DNA of 35,023 bases from Candidatus Hermodarchaeota archaeon (GTDB taxonomy: Archaea > Asgardarchaeota > Thorarchaeia > Thorarchaeales > Thorarchaeaceae): assembly GCA_048885865.1 (NCBI GenBank), contig JBHLLF010000028.1:1-35023 (forward strand). The letters are read 5' to 3'. This document shows, in pieces, positions 19,002 through 29,039 of this stretch. Made by a program: the position numbers and the translations under genes. The notes under the pieces are model-generated. The model had not been told where the DNA came from. It did no database searches and worked only from the letters and a program-made list of their open reading frames with translations. The first letter of the stretch is position 1, and every line of letters starts with the position of its first letter.

Positions 19002-19979
19002 ATGAAATCTACAGATGGCGCTACAACTCCGGAGATACGTGAGCTAAGGCCAGATGAATACGATGAATTCGTGACACTTATGGAGCTCGCTTTCAAGGAT
19101 AGCATTGAGGAGGACCGGCTTGACGCAGATGAAGTGCGGAAGATATTGAAGAAGGTTCAAACTCGAGTCTACAAAGTCCTTCAAAGAGTCCTAGGAATGA
19201 GAATGGAGTTCTACGTTGCTGAAGTGGAAAACACCATTGCAAGTGGGATTCAATTAGGTATTGAAAAAGATGAGGTCTATGTGGGTAATCTCATGACACA
19301 TCCAAAATACCTGCGGCAGGGGCTTGCAAGAAAGTTGCTTCAGCTAACGTTCGAACGAGCTCGTCAGTTGGAAATAAAGAAGGTGCGACTTGATGCAAGG
19401 GCAGACAATGTAAATGCAGTAAGTCTATACACTTCGGAGGATTTCCAAACAACACTTCACTCTGGTCGTTTTGAATTAGATTCTGTTGCGGAGATTACTA
19501 GGAGCACAACCGATGATGTGGTTGTCCGTGAAGTCAATGAAGTTCCTATTACTGTTATAGACGCAATGTTGGATGCTTCCTTTCCCACGTCATATCTAGA
19601 AGCCAGGGGACGTGCGAAGTTCCTCAAGGATCTTATTCCCTCCAGAGCCCTACGTTTCTTTGCGGGAAGGCTCGGAGGACAACTAATCCACAACTATGCA
19701 TTCTATATGAAGGGAGATGAGGATCCTCGTGGCATCATCGAAGCTTCTCAATCAAGAATTGAACAAAGAATTCGTCTTTCATCACCGATTCTTCTTGAGA
19801 AGGACAATGGCCTATTGTTGGATGTAATCCCGAAGGTTCTCGAAATCGAAAAAGGATACAGAGGAGTGACGACTGCCTCTATCAACTGCTCAATGCATCG
19901 AACTGATGCCATAGCGAAAATTGAGAGTCTAGGTTTCAAGAAGTTTCGTGAGAGCGTATCTATGACTAGAAGACTCTAG
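19002..19979 (+). CDS. GNAT N-acetyltransferase
   Basis: VGNLMTHPKYLRQGLARKLL acetyl-CoA motif and DNVNAVSLY. A second, degenerate GNAT-like half is likely. Confidence 0.85.
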   Translation: MKSTDGATTPEIRELRPDEYDEFVTLMELAFKDSIEEDRLDADEVRKILKKVQTRVYKVLQRVLGMRMEFYVAEVENTIASGIQLGIEKDEVYVGNLMTHPKYLRQGLARKLLQLTFERARQLEIKKVRLDARADNVNAVSLYTSEDFQTTLHSGRFELDSVAEITRSTTDDVVVREVNEVPITVIDAMLDASFPTSYLEARGRAKFLKDLIPSRALRFFAGRLGGQLIHNYAFYMKGDEDPRGIIEASQSRIEQRIRLSSPILLEKDNGLLLDVIPKVLEIEKGYRGVTTASINCSMHRTDAIAKIESLGFKKFRESVSMTRRL

Positions 19980-20026
19980 GCTGAATTTTGGCAGATGTGC
20001 ATGACACGTTTCTATCCGTGATTAGT

Positions 20027-20101
20027 GCCATTTTTGCCTACATTCTTAATCCAGTTTGAAGTATTTTCTTTAAGCTGAGCCGGTTCGGCGGAATAGCCAT
20101 G
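20027..20101 (+). pseudogene. Decayed copy of tRNA-Cys promoter plus 5' end
   Basis: 20027-20049 matches 30024-30046 at 19/23. 20075-20101 matches 30073-30099 at 22/27, and all five differences are transitions. Spacing between blocks is 25 vs 26 nt. Confidence 0.8.
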
Positions 20102-20177
20102 TCTTCGCTGATTCTCTGCTCATAAATACCGATTGCACCAGAAGCCAATATACTTCATAGAAGCAAGATTCGTTGGC

Positions 20178-20828
20178 CTATACAAATCTCTGTTCCCTGC
20201 GTAGAATGAAACAGGCTAGCACAGCCAACCATAACATGTATCCATAGACCATGATTCGCTCTACAACTCCAACCCATGGAGTTGGGAGTCCTTCTTCAAT
20301 TTGAGCAACTCCCAGAAACGGTAAGGCACCCAAAACAAGGTAGACGACAATAGTTCCTACCGAGTATATGCCAAACCGCTTTCCAAGTGCTTTAGCTCCA
20401 ACTCCGAGAGACAACAGAATGAAGATTACCGTCACACCAGCAAGAATTTGGTGCATGGCATTGGAAAGTGATGTCGCAGCCTCACCGGGATTCATTGGGA
20501 AGAATAGTCCTATTATGCCTGAGGCCATGTATCCAAGAAGCAGACCTGCCATGATATGTGATGTGTGTTTTCCACCAGCGCTTCTCCAGACGCCCATTAG
20601 GAATGCGGCTACAAGAATATTGTACAAGAAATATAGGGGAACGACAAGCGATCTCGATGGAGCTCCAATCGCGCTTAGTTCACTGATATATTGAGAGGCA
20701 AAATCATAGTTACCCCATGTGATACCTCCAAGGATGTCAGTGGCAACATATAGCATTGAAGAAAGGATGCCACAGAAGAGCGAAATCTTGCGCAATATAT
20801 TAGTTGTTTCTGCCAATTCGAATCCCAC
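20178..20828 (-). CDS. DUF998 family membrane protein
   Basis: YDFASQYISELSAIGAP, FFPM, H in TM, GVVERI. Confidence 0.85.
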   Translation of the reverse strand: MGFELAETTNILRKISLFCGILSSMLYVATDILGGITWGNYDFASQYISELSAIGAPSRSLVVPLYFLYNILVAAFLMGVWRSAGGKHTSHIMAGLLLGYMASGIIGLFFPMNPGEAATSLSNAMHQILAGVTVIFILLSLGVGAKALGKRFGIYSVGTIVVYLVLGALPFLGVAQIEEGLPTPWVGVVERIMVYGYMLWLAVLACFILRREQRFV

Positions 20829-20851
20829 CTCAGATTTGCTGCATACTAGGA

Positions 20852-22054
20852 TTATTTCCCGGCTAGTAGTTCTGTCATGCCAATCGAATCATAAATAGCA
20901 TTACGAAGAGCTATATCCCGAGGATCATTTGGGAATGAAGTACCCAATCCATTCAGAACATATCCATAGCCTATCTTGGTTTCAGGATCAGCAAATCCAA
21001 ATGACCCTCCAGTCCCTGGCATCCCAAAAGAGCTTGGAGAACCGAATGGATTTTTTGGAAGAGGTCTTGCGAAACCAAGTGAGTAGCTCGTGTCAGTTTT
21101 CAGGGCTCCATCACGGAGCCCGCGTAGAGGAGCAGTGGGTGGAGCTATAAGCTGCTTAAGCGTTTCCTTTCGAAGCCCAATTTCCTTTCCACCTGTCGCG
21201 AAAACGCTGTATGCATAAGCTATGGCACGAGCTGTTCCTACTCCGCCCCCAGATGGGACTTCATAATTCCGGGCATAGATGCGATCTTCGTCCAAACAAA
21301 ACTCGGTTCCCATTAACGCACGGCGAATTGCTGACCTTGGGTTCATTGATGAAAGAATCATTCCTACTGGCACAGAACGCATCGCTGAAAAACCGAACTT
21401 GACCTGTCTTAGGGAAGCTAGTCTAGAATTCGGAATATCCTCTGGAAGTCGAATGTAGAAGTCGATACTTAGTGGAGTGGCAATTTCGTCTTGAAAGAAT
21501 TTTCCTAAACTACGCCCTTTTGGATCGACCCTCCTCAGGAGCTCACTTTGGTAGAAACCTAGAGTAAGGGCATGGTAAGTATGTTGTGATCCTGGCTCAT
21601 ATGCTGGTTTCTGCTTAGCAAGAACGACTGCTAGGCGATCGAGGTCTGCTATTATCTCCTTATCACCTAACTCATCGAATGCAAAGAGACCTGCTTGATG
21701 CGCCATTAGCTGACGGACGGTGATTTTCCCCTTACCATTTTGGGCAAACTCAGGCCAATACCTTGCGACAGGTTCGTCATAGTCAAGCAAACCCTGCGAA
21801 TGGGCTAGCGCCATGGCTAAAGCTGATAGTCCCTTTGTGGTCGACCACACAAGCACCATGGTATCTTCTTCCCATGGTTCTCCTGTAACTTCATTTCTAA
21901 TCCCGCCCCAAAGGTCGACTACTTTTTCTCCCTGGTAATAGACGCAACACGCTGCACCAAGTTCATTGCGGCTCCTGAAGTTCTCAATGAAGACTTCCTG
22001 TACAGCTGCAAAATCTGGCTTGACGAAGCCTGATATCGTGATGTCTTCTATCAC
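20852..22054 (-). CDS. Serine hydrolase, beta-lactamase class C/esterase family
   Basis: WSTTK (SxxK), YWPEFAQNGK, LMAHQAGL, YHALT, GTGGSFGFADP. Likely GTG start at 22054. Confidence 0.92.
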   Translation of the reverse strand: MIEDITISGFVKPDFAAVQEVFIENFRSRNELGAACCVYYQGEKVVDLWGGIRNEVTGEPWEEDTMVLVWSTTKGLSALAMALAHSQGLLDYDEPVARYWPEFAQNGKGKITVRQLMAHQAGLFAFDELGDKEIIADLDRLAVVLAKQKPAYEPGSQHTYHALTLGFYQSELLRRVDPKGRSLGKFFQDEIATPLSIDFYIRLPEDIPNSRLASLRQVKFGFSAMRSVPVGMILSSMNPRSAIRRALMGTEFCLDEDRIYARNYEVPSGGGVGTARAIAYAYSVFATGGKEIGLRKETLKQLIAPPTAPLRGLRDGALKTDTSYSLGFARPLPKNPFGSPSSFGMPGTGGSFGFADPETKIGYGYVLNGLGTSFPNDPRDIALRNAIYDSIGMTELLAGK

Positions 22055-22198
22055 CCTGATACCTTCAATGATTGACTTTAACTGAGTAGGCTTGTATAGG
22101 TTAATATATCCCTTTTGAAGGCGACACGCCAACGTGCAAGGGAAAATGCGCTCTGGCAATCTCAAGCATCGGAAAATTCGTACAGGAAGTCTTTCATC

Positions 22199-23029
22199 TT
22201 GACTACAGCAAGAAAGGGCTCAAATGCGTCTTTCAAAGAAATAACGCGAAGGTCTACAAGGCCTATAGAGCTTCTCAATAACCTCGCGCCCAAACACCGC
22301 ATCTACGGTCTTGTCGAGATCGATGTCACAGAAGCCCGCAAATTCATTTCAGAGATTGAAGCGAAGACCGGAGAGAAGTTGTCCTTTACAGGCTGGGTAG
22401 TAAAGTGTGTTGCACAGGCCATCAGTGAACACAAAGAAGTGCAAGCCATAAAAAAAGGGAAGAAGAAGTTGATTGTCTTCGACGATGTCGATGTGGGTAT
22501 GATAATCGAACGGCAGAAAGAATCCCAAAGGTTTGCTACTGCATATTGTGTTAGGAAAGCGAATGAAAAAAGCTACAAGCAAATACATGATGAGATTCGT
22601 CAAGCTCAGAGGGGAGAGGTTACTGAGAGCAATGGTTCTAGTGACAAGCCTCCCAGGTCGGTTAGAATCTTTTCCCGCTTGCCAAACCTTCTGAGAAGGT
22701 TCTATTGGAGAAAGATAAGGTCAGACCCATTTCTCAGGAAACGTCTCATGGGTACAGTCGCAGTTACTGCAGTAGGAATGTTTGGGAAAGGCGGAGGGTG
22801 GGCTATTCCAATAGGTCTACATTCTGTTGTTTTTGCGCTAGGCGGGATTTCCACAAAGCCAAGAAATTATGAAGACCCGACTGAGCTTGGCGAATTCCTT
22901 AACATGACAGTGATGTTTGATGAGGAAGTATCTCTTGGGGCTCCGGCTACCCGGTTCCTTGCCAGACTCTCTGAGCTCATGCAAACGGGCTTTGGACTAG
23001 AGAAAGATGAGCATAAAAACGGATCGTGA
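22199..23029 (+). CDS. Stand-alone 2-oxoacid dehydrogenase E2 acyltransferase-like domain, catalytic motif degenerate
   Basis: VEIDVT, KLSFTGWVVKCVAQA, GTVAVTAVG, GAPATRFLARL. No lipoyl domain. FDEEVSLG replaces FDHxxxDG. Likely TTG start at 22199. Confidence 0.85.
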   Translation: MTTARKGSNASFKEITRRSTRPIELLNNLAPKHRIYGLVEIDVTEARKFISEIEAKTGEKLSFTGWVVKCVAQAISEHKEVQAIKKGKKKLIVFDDVDVGMIIERQKESQRFATAYCVRKANEKSYKQIHDEIRQAQRGEVTESNGSSDKPPRSVRIFSRLPNLLRRFYWRKIRSDPFLRKRLMGTVAVTAVGMFGKGGGWAIPIGLHSVVFALGGISTKPRNYEDPTELGEFLNMTVMFDEEVSLGAPATRFLARLSELMQTGFGLEKDEHKNGS

Positions 23030-23033
23030 AATA

Positions 23034-23348
23034 ATGATTATTGAATACTACCACGTCTCAAAATAAGGAAATGGCGTTAGAATCGCTGAGGATTTCGAGA
23101 GAATCATGGAGGCTAGAACTGTCACAGTTAACATATCTCATGTCAAAAAGGTGAAACCTCAAGAGATACCAGCTCCTGATCTATATGTGTTCAGCTCGCC
23201 TGGCCGCTTTGGCAAGCCCGCCAAAGAAATGCGTAAATTCTTGGAAAGCATCATTTTGACTCCAAATACAAGATATGCTCTATTGACGACGCAAATGGCT
23301 CCAAAACCGGATAAGAAGACTGGTAGATTGCCTACAATGATATGCTGA
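23034..23348 (+). pseudogene. Flavodoxin-like pseudogene
   Basis: MIIEYYHVSK*GNGVRIAEDF...DLYVFSSPGRFGKP with an in-frame TAA at 23064-23066 in the phosphate-binding loop. The C-terminal part is missing. Confidence 0.75.
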
Positions 23349-23352
23349 CAAT

Positions 23353-24354
23353 ATGAGTGTGACCAAAATGTTTCTTGAACTCTCCATGGTCTTCCTAGCA
23401 GTACTATTTGTGTGGATTTTCATATCATACAGAGGTTGGAAGCGGAATTTACTCACATCTCTAAACGAGAACAGCAAAGTTGCAATGACTTCACTAGGCG
23501 AGATTGAATATACCATGAAAGGAAGTGGACCAGTGCTATTGATGCTGCATGGCAGTCCAGGTGGATATGATCAGTGCGCTCTTGATATGGAGATGTGGGT
23601 TGACCATGGATTCTCCTTGTTAGGAATCTCAAGACCAGGATACTTGCGTACCCCATTGAGTACAGGAGAAACATTCGAAGAACAAGCAGATGCAATTGAA
23701 GCATTATTGGATACACTCGGTATCTCAAAAGTAGCTATTCTTGCACCTTCAGCTGGAGGTCCTATAGGTCTACACTTTGCCTTGCGTCATCCAGATCGAT
23801 TAAGCTCTCTTATTCTGATGGCGGCAGTCAGCAATGAATATAGTGTGAGTCAGGATCAATTGGATTCACTACTTGGTAGAATATTCCTATCGGATTCTGG
23901 AGCTGACTTTGGAGCATGGTTGTATGATATTCTAACGAGGCGCTGGACTACCATGTCGTTAAAGGAAGCGCTCAAAGAAACCATGATTGTTGATTCTGAG
24001 GAGCGGAATAAATACGTTAAACAAGTGATGGACACCCCAGAGCAAGTTGATTGGTATAAGAGGTTCATTCGCACGACGTGTCCGATGAGTCCAAGAATGA
24101 TTGGCTTGCACAATGACATTGAGCTGCTTCAACAGGTCTCTTTTACCAGCCTGGAAGATGTAAAATGCCCAACATTGGTGATTCATGGTACAGTTGATGG
24201 GGATGTGTCTTTCGCAAACGCTGAATTCTTGGCTTCTTCTATCCCGAATGCCAAATTGTACAAGCTTGAGAACATAGGGCACGTAGTCTGGCTGGGAGAA
24301 CATGTTCCTGATATGAATTTGGAACTCGTTCGATTTCTCAAGGAAAACTCATAG
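23353..24354 (+). CDS. Alpha/beta hydrolase with N-terminal membrane anchor
   Basis: LHGSPGG, the APSAGG nucleophile elbow, PTLVIHGTVD, GH. Confidence 0.92.
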   Translation: MSVTKMFLELSMVFLAVLFVWIFISYRGWKRNLLTSLNENSKVAMTSLGEIEYTMKGSGPVLLMLHGSPGGYDQCALDMEMWVDHGFSLLGISRPGYLRTPLSTGETFEEQADAIEALLDTLGISKVAILAPSAGGPIGLHFALRHPDRLSSLILMAAVSNEYSVSQDQLDSLLGRIFLSDSGADFGAWLYDILTRRWTTMSLKEALKETMIVDSEERNKYVKQVMDTPEQVDWYKRFIRTTCPMSPRMIGLHNDIELLQQVSFTSLEDVKCPTLVIHGTVDGDVSFANAEFLASSIPNAKLYKLENIGHVVWLGEHVPDMNLELVRFLKENS

Positions 24355-24420
24355 GTGCAGATTGATGACATTAGTTATTAGGGAGGTCGTTTGACAAAAG
24401 CCAGTAGGGAGTTGGAAATT

Positions 24421-25017
24421 ATGGGATTCTTTAAACGAGATGAAAAGAAATCAGATGATCCAGGCAAGGATGCCAAAAAAGCTCATGAACTATTCATAAA
24501 AGCAGAAAAGCTAAAGGATAAGGGAGATTACAAAAAGGCTGAGAAGTTGCTGGATGATTCAATTAAGCTGGATCCAACAAATAATGAAGCCTGGCTCAGT
24601 AAAGCCGCAATGTATATAGTAGCTGACAAGTATAATGATGCAATCGAAGCTTCTCGAGAATCGATTAAACTAGATGATTCAAATCCGCGAGCGTGGGGAG
24701 CATTAGCTGTCGCATTGGGGGATTCTGGCAAAATAGATGAAGCTGAAGAAGCTCTCCTCAAGGCTATTGAACTTGAACCAGATGGTAAAGGATGGCTATT
24801 CACATTGGGAGGTCTCTATTTAAACGCGGGGAAGTGGGCTGACGCTCAAGAACGGCTAGAGCGAGTCGTCCAGATTGACCCTGAATTTCTACCCGCACAC
24901 CACCTTCTGTTTCAAGTCTACACAGCACAGGTTTCACTAGCTACCGACCCAAAGACTAAGAAAGAGTTTGCCCTAAAGGCTGCAATGGCCTTGATGAAAT
25001 ACGAAGGAAAGCTCTGA
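24421..25017 (+). CDS. Tetratricopeptide repeat protein
   Basis: Canonical TPR units (AWLSKA...SIKLDDSNPRAWGALA...AIELEP). ATG at 24421; the ORF is open from 24391. Confidence 0.9.
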   Translation: MGFFKRDEKKSDDPGKDAKKAHELFIKAEKLKDKGDYKKAEKLLDDSIKLDPTNNEAWLSKAAMYIVADKYNDAIEASRESIKLDDSNPRAWGALAVALGDSGKIDEAEEALLKAIELEPDGKGWLFTLGGLYLNAGKWADAQERLERVVQIDPEFLPAHHLLFQVYTAQVSLATDPKTKKEFALKAAMALMKYEGKL

Positions 25018-25092
25018 CATTGAACACAGCTGCATGAGAGAATCAGACATCGAGCTTATAGGGGCTGTAAGTAGATTTTCTCTCGTGATGGT

Positions 25093-25560
25093 ATGACTCA
25101 CCTTGTTGCATATTACTCTCGAACAGGAAACAACCGGACTCTCGCAGAGAAAATTGCAGAGGCACTCTCTGCTGACATTGATGAAATTATAGATAAGAAG
25201 AATCGCAAAGGACGGCTCAACTGGCTCCGAGCTGGACATGATTCCAGGGATGGAAGGCTCACACAGATTGAATACAAGAAGAATCCCCAAGGCTGCGACA
25301 CAATCATAATTGGAGCTCCAATCTGGGCTTGGAGTCCAATTCCACCACTTCGCACCTATCTACAAGAAGTTGACTTGAAAGGCAAACGAGTAGCATTCCT
25401 CATCTGTTCTCAGACTGAGGTATACAAAGACATGTTTCAAACTCTGGCTGAAATGACTCCTGATTCAGAGCATATCGGGAACTTTGGCATCCAGGAAAGA
25501 CGGTTCAAGAACGAGGATTACAGTGCAGACCTTGAAGCCTTCATTGAGAAAATCAGGTAG
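25093..25560 (+). CDS. Flavodoxin family protein
   Basis: LVAYYSRTGNNRTLAEKIA, IIIGAPIW, LKGKRVAF. Confidence 0.9.
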   Translation: MTHLVAYYSRTGNNRTLAEKIAEALSADIDEIIDKKNRKGRLNWLRAGHDSRDGRLTQIEYKKNPQGCDTIIIGAPIWAWSPIPPLRTYLQEVDLKGKRVAFLICSQTEVYKDMFQTLAEMTPDSEHIGNFGIQERRFKNEDYSADLEAFIEKIR

Positions 25561-25602
25561 GTTATACCTTTTCTAAAACATGATATAGCTTAATCAGTCC
25601 AA

Positions 25603-26343
25603 TTGGCTCGACTGAGTATGACAATTCTCCCCAATGTTCCAGACAATTTTCAACCGACCTATGTGGACCTAGTTCTAGCTGCTTTTGCTGCAATCGGATT
25701 GCCATTCGCTGCTGCATTTCTCTTTAATGCGACAGGAGCACTGATTCCATTGATTCTTTACTATGGTGTGTTCTGCTGGGCAATCGTGAGATGGCGGCGG
25801 GGAGGAGTTGGGTATGAGATAAACCGGGGAGAAATTCGGAAGCAGTTTGCAAGCTATGTAAGCTCGCTCTTCTTGGTGATACTTATACTTCAGCTGATTC
25901 TAGTCGGATTCGAGTTCGTCACTCTTCAGCGTGTATCAGATTTCAATCTCCTAGGATTCATGATCACACTTGTAATCTGGGCTCCCTTGAATGCATTTTC
26001 TGAACAGCTAATCTGGATTTATACCTTCGACTCCTATGCAGAGTTCTTCAAGGACGGTCCAAAGAGAAAGGTGATGATTGCAGTTGGAGGTTTACTGTAT
26101 ATTGCTCTCATCAGTCTGATTCATGTACTATTTTGGATCTTGGTCCTTCCTGAGGGACAATATGTTTTCCCAATCAGCGAACTGTTTGTTCCCATTCAGA
26201 CAGTGATATCAATTGGCTACATCTTTCTATATAGAAAATCGAAGAGCATGTGGCCCTTGGGAATTATTCATGTGCTGATAAACATCACAGCGATTGCACT
26301 AAGTGGATACTCGATTCTTCCAGTCCTGCTAGTATTGAGCTGA
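25603..26343 (+). CDS. Multi-pass membrane protein, distantly CPBP/Abi-like
   Basis: About 7-8 TM segments. NAFSEQLIW, SLIH and IIHVLIN resemble degenerate CPBP motifs. Confidence 0.6.
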   Translation: MARLSMTILPNVPDNFQPTYVDLVLAAFAAIGLPFAAAFLFNATGALIPLILYYGVFCWAIVRWRRGGVGYEINRGEIRKQFASYVSSLFLVILILQLILVGFEFVTLQRVSDFNLLGFMITLVIWAPLNAFSEQLIWIYTFDSYAEFFKDGPKRKVMIAVGGLLYIALISLIHVLFWILVLPEGQYVFPISELFVPIQTVISIGYIFLYRKSKSMWPLGIIHVLINITAIALSGYSILPVLLVLS

Positions 26344-26406
26344 TATGCGCCAATTTTCCGAGAATCTAGCAAAGTGTTAAGGATACAGCAGGATGTGCAA
26401 CTTCCC

Positions 26407-27027
26407 ATGAAAAAGGATCCCAAGGATATCGTAAGAGAGGGATATGACAATATAGCTAGTCAATATGATGAGTACCGTGATCCCTTCAATAACAAAGCGG
26501 AGCTTAATGAGTTAATGAGTCTAGTTGAACCAGGCGGTCATATTCTAGATGCTGGTTGCGGGTCAGGTGTAGTTTCCCGAGCTCTTATTGACAATGGATT
26601 CCAAGTAACTGGGGTTGACATCTCTCAGAAGATGATTGGTATCGCGAGGCAACGTATACCAGAGGCAGAGTTCATAGTAGGAGATATGGCTGCTCTTGAG
26701 TTTGACAACGAAACCTTTGATGGTATTGTTTCAGCATATGCCGTCTTTCACATCACAAGGACCAAGCACTTCAGCCTTTTCCAAGACTTTCATCGAATCC
26801 TGAAAAAGGGTGGAGCCCTACTATTCAGTATTGGCTCAAAAGAAACAGATGGCACAGATGGCATATGGGAGTGGGAGGAATTTCAATCTGTGCCGATGTT
26901 TTGGAGCTACTATCCTCCATCGAAGACTGTTGAACTACTCGACTCTGCTGGTTTTCAGATTGTGTTTTCGAGAAATGTTCAGCAGGCTGGAGAAACACAC
27001 CACTGGATTCTTGCAAGAGCGAAGTAA
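26407..27027 (+). CDS. Class I SAM-dependent methyltransferase
   Basis: VREGYDNIA, ILDAGCGSG, VTGVDIS, ILKKGGALL. ATG at 26407. Confidence 0.93.
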   Translation: MKKDPKDIVREGYDNIASQYDEYRDPFNNKAELNELMSLVEPGGHILDAGCGSGVVSRALIDNGFQVTGVDISQKMIGIARQRIPEAEFIVGDMAALEFDNETFDGIVSAYAVFHITRTKHFSLFQDFHRILKKGGALLFSIGSKETDGTDGIWEWEEFQSVPMFWSYYPPSKTVELLDSAGFQIVFSRNVQQAGETHHWILARAK

Positions 27028-27108
27028 TATTCCACACAAATCATACTGAATCTATTTATCCTGCTTTCCTCTGACCATATAGCTAACTATTTCGAGAGGG
27101 AGCTATCA

Positions 27109-27309
27109 ATGAATAGGTTTCAAGCTACAACTATCTTGGGTATCTGTACACTTTGCTCGGCAGCAATTCCCTTCTTGCTTCCACGTACTGTTACCGCGGG
27201 AAGTCCACTCCCGGATCCACCCATGCTCTCAGCAATGATTGCCTTAGCAGGTATCATTGTGCTCCTAATTGCAGTCGTATTCAAGTTCAAACCAGTACCT
27301 GCAAATTGA
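27109..27309 (+). CDS. Small two-TM membrane protein
   Basis: 66 aa with two hydrophobic helices; GAGGGAG upstream. Confidence 0.65.
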   Translation: MNRFQATTILGICTLCSAAIPFLLPRTVTAGSPLPDPPMLSAMIALAGIIVLLIAVVFKFKPVPAN

Positions 27310-27405
27310 AAATAGGATAGAACTGAGAAGTACAACTCGGTCTTGTTGAGAGTTAGATACTTCTTCTAGAGTGTTAGGTAAGACTTCTTGGTTTGGTGAG
27401 GTTTA

Positions 27406-28230
27406 ATGAGATATGGAATCTATATTTCGAATTATGTTTTGGATGGGGATCCTAGGAAGTTTATGAAATTGGCTAAAGAAGCCGAGGAATGCAATTGGGA
27501 TGGCTTCTTCATGTGGGACCATATTAATCCTAAACCTGGATTCAAAGATGGCGTCGCTGATCCTTGGATTACACTATCTGGCATAGCTGCTGTTACAGAA
27601 AGAATTCGAATAGGAACCACTGTTACACCACTTCCTCGAAGACGTCCGCAAAAAGTTGCACGAGAAACTGCATCTCTTGACGTCCTTTCCAATGGACGTC
27701 TAATTCTTGGTGTTGGTCTGGGTGGTCCATCTGATGCCGAGTTCGAATGTGAAGACACGAGTGCAAGAATAAGGGCGGAGAAGCTCGATGAGTCATTGGA
27801 CATAATTACCGGTCTTTGGAGCGGCGAACCTTTTTCATTCCAGGGAAAGCACTACACGTTCGATGAAGTAGCTTTCAAGCCAATACAAATTCAAAAACCA
27901 AGAATACCAATCTGGTGTGCAGGGTCGTGGCCGTTGAAGAAGCCTTTTGAAAGAGCTGTCAAGTACGAAGGTGTATTTCCGCTAGGCCATCGTGGCGATT
28001 TGGAGTTATCAGATTATGAGGAAATAGGAAACTTCGTTAAAAAGCACCGAACAAGCAAAGATCCTTTTGATATTGTGTGCATGGGTGTATCAACTGGAGA
28101 TTCAAAGAAAGATTCTTGGATTGATGTATGCGCTGAATATGGTTCAACTTGGTACGTAGAGGTAATATGGAAAGGTAAAATGGAGGATGCCCTCAATGTT
28201 GTACAAAGGGGACCTCCGAGATACTCATAG
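27406..28230 (+). CDS. LLM-class flavin/F420-dependent oxidoreductase
   Basis: WDGFFMWDH, DPWITLSGIAAVTERIRIGTTVTPLPRRRP, SNGRLILGVGLG. Confidence 0.93.
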   Translation: MRYGIYISNYVLDGDPRKFMKLAKEAEECNWDGFFMWDHINPKPGFKDGVADPWITLSGIAAVTERIRIGTTVTPLPRRRPQKVARETASLDVLSNGRLILGVGLGGPSDAEFECEDTSARIRAEKLDESLDIITGLWSGEPFSFQGKHYTFDEVAFKPIQIQKPRIPIWCAGSWPLKKPFERAVKYEGVFPLGHRGDLELSDYEEIGNFVKKHRTSKDPFDIVCMGVSTGDSKKDSWIDVCAEYGSTWYVEVIWKGKMEDALNVVQRGPPRYS

Positions 28231-28361
28231 ACATATGAATCCCGATTTTTAAAAAATCATCTTTCATGATGAAGAGAGAAATAACATTCAGGCATAGCAT
28301 TTTGAAACGCTGACAGGTGCTATCAGCAATTCGATAAGGAAACTGTCTTCTTTTTCCTTTG

Positions 28362-28799
28362 CTATTTGGGGAAGAACTTCCTGTACGGAAGGAGGAGTCC
28401 CACGAGCGATATACTCAGAATCGGGACCCACTGCAACATCTGGTAGACATCACCAATATAGAAAGTGTTGAAGAGTCCAGTGCTCACCAAGAGAGCAGAC
28501 ACTAACCAAAGGGTATACCAAGCCCATTTTTCTCCATTCCTAAAGCCCGTGAGGGTTATCGCTAAGACAAAGAGGGACCAACTGACCTTGAGGAGACCCA
28601 GACTCCCGTATAGCCAGAACGCAAATTCCATGGCCACCGGACTCGACATTTCGAGCTCACTCAAGGACACGTTCAAGACAAGCTGAACGTCATCTACAAG
28701 TAATTCGCGGGGAAGGAAGATCTGGTACAAGCCAACCACCAACCACAACAGACCCAAAGCTAGGTACACCATCCACCCATACTCATTTACTCGTTCCAT
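28362..28799 (-). CDS. Hypothetical four-TM membrane protein
   Basis: Four hydrophobic segments; FRNGEKWAWYTLW. Confidence 0.75.
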   Translation of the reverse strand: MERVNEYGWMVYLALGLLWLVVGLYQIFLPRELLVDDVQLVLNVSLSELEMSSPVAMEFAFWLYGSLGLLKVSWSLFVLAITLTGFRNGEKWAWYTLWLVSALLVSTGLFNTFYIGDVYQMLQWVPILSISLVGLLLPYRKFFPK

Positions 28800-29039
28800 C
28801 AGAAAATCTCCGACACACGTCTATTCTAGAGGTTAAAAAACTGATGCACGCAGTTATAGACAAAAGCAGATTAACTCCGGTGCAAATCGTTGCAATATTT
28901 ATGGATTATTCCATTTCAGGCAAAGACTTACCACTCTTTATTTCTAAAATCGATATATGGGCAAACCCTTTTTTTGATAAACGAATATAGAGGATGATTA
29001 ATTCCTTGTCGCGTGGACAAGGGATGGGAGGATAATTGT

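Noticed and set aside
26348-26361. CGCCAATTTTCCGA resembling the sequence upstream of the tRNA promoter
   Set aside because: A short gapped match with no following tRNA sequence; could be chance.
27327-27380. Imperfect hairpin with GTTAGAT/GTTAGGT words resembling attC
   Set aside because: Too short, lacks a proper inverse core site, and is not repeated at other gene ends.
28879-28888. GGTGCAAATC matching the tRNA T loop
   Set aside because: Only 10 nt with no flanking similarity.
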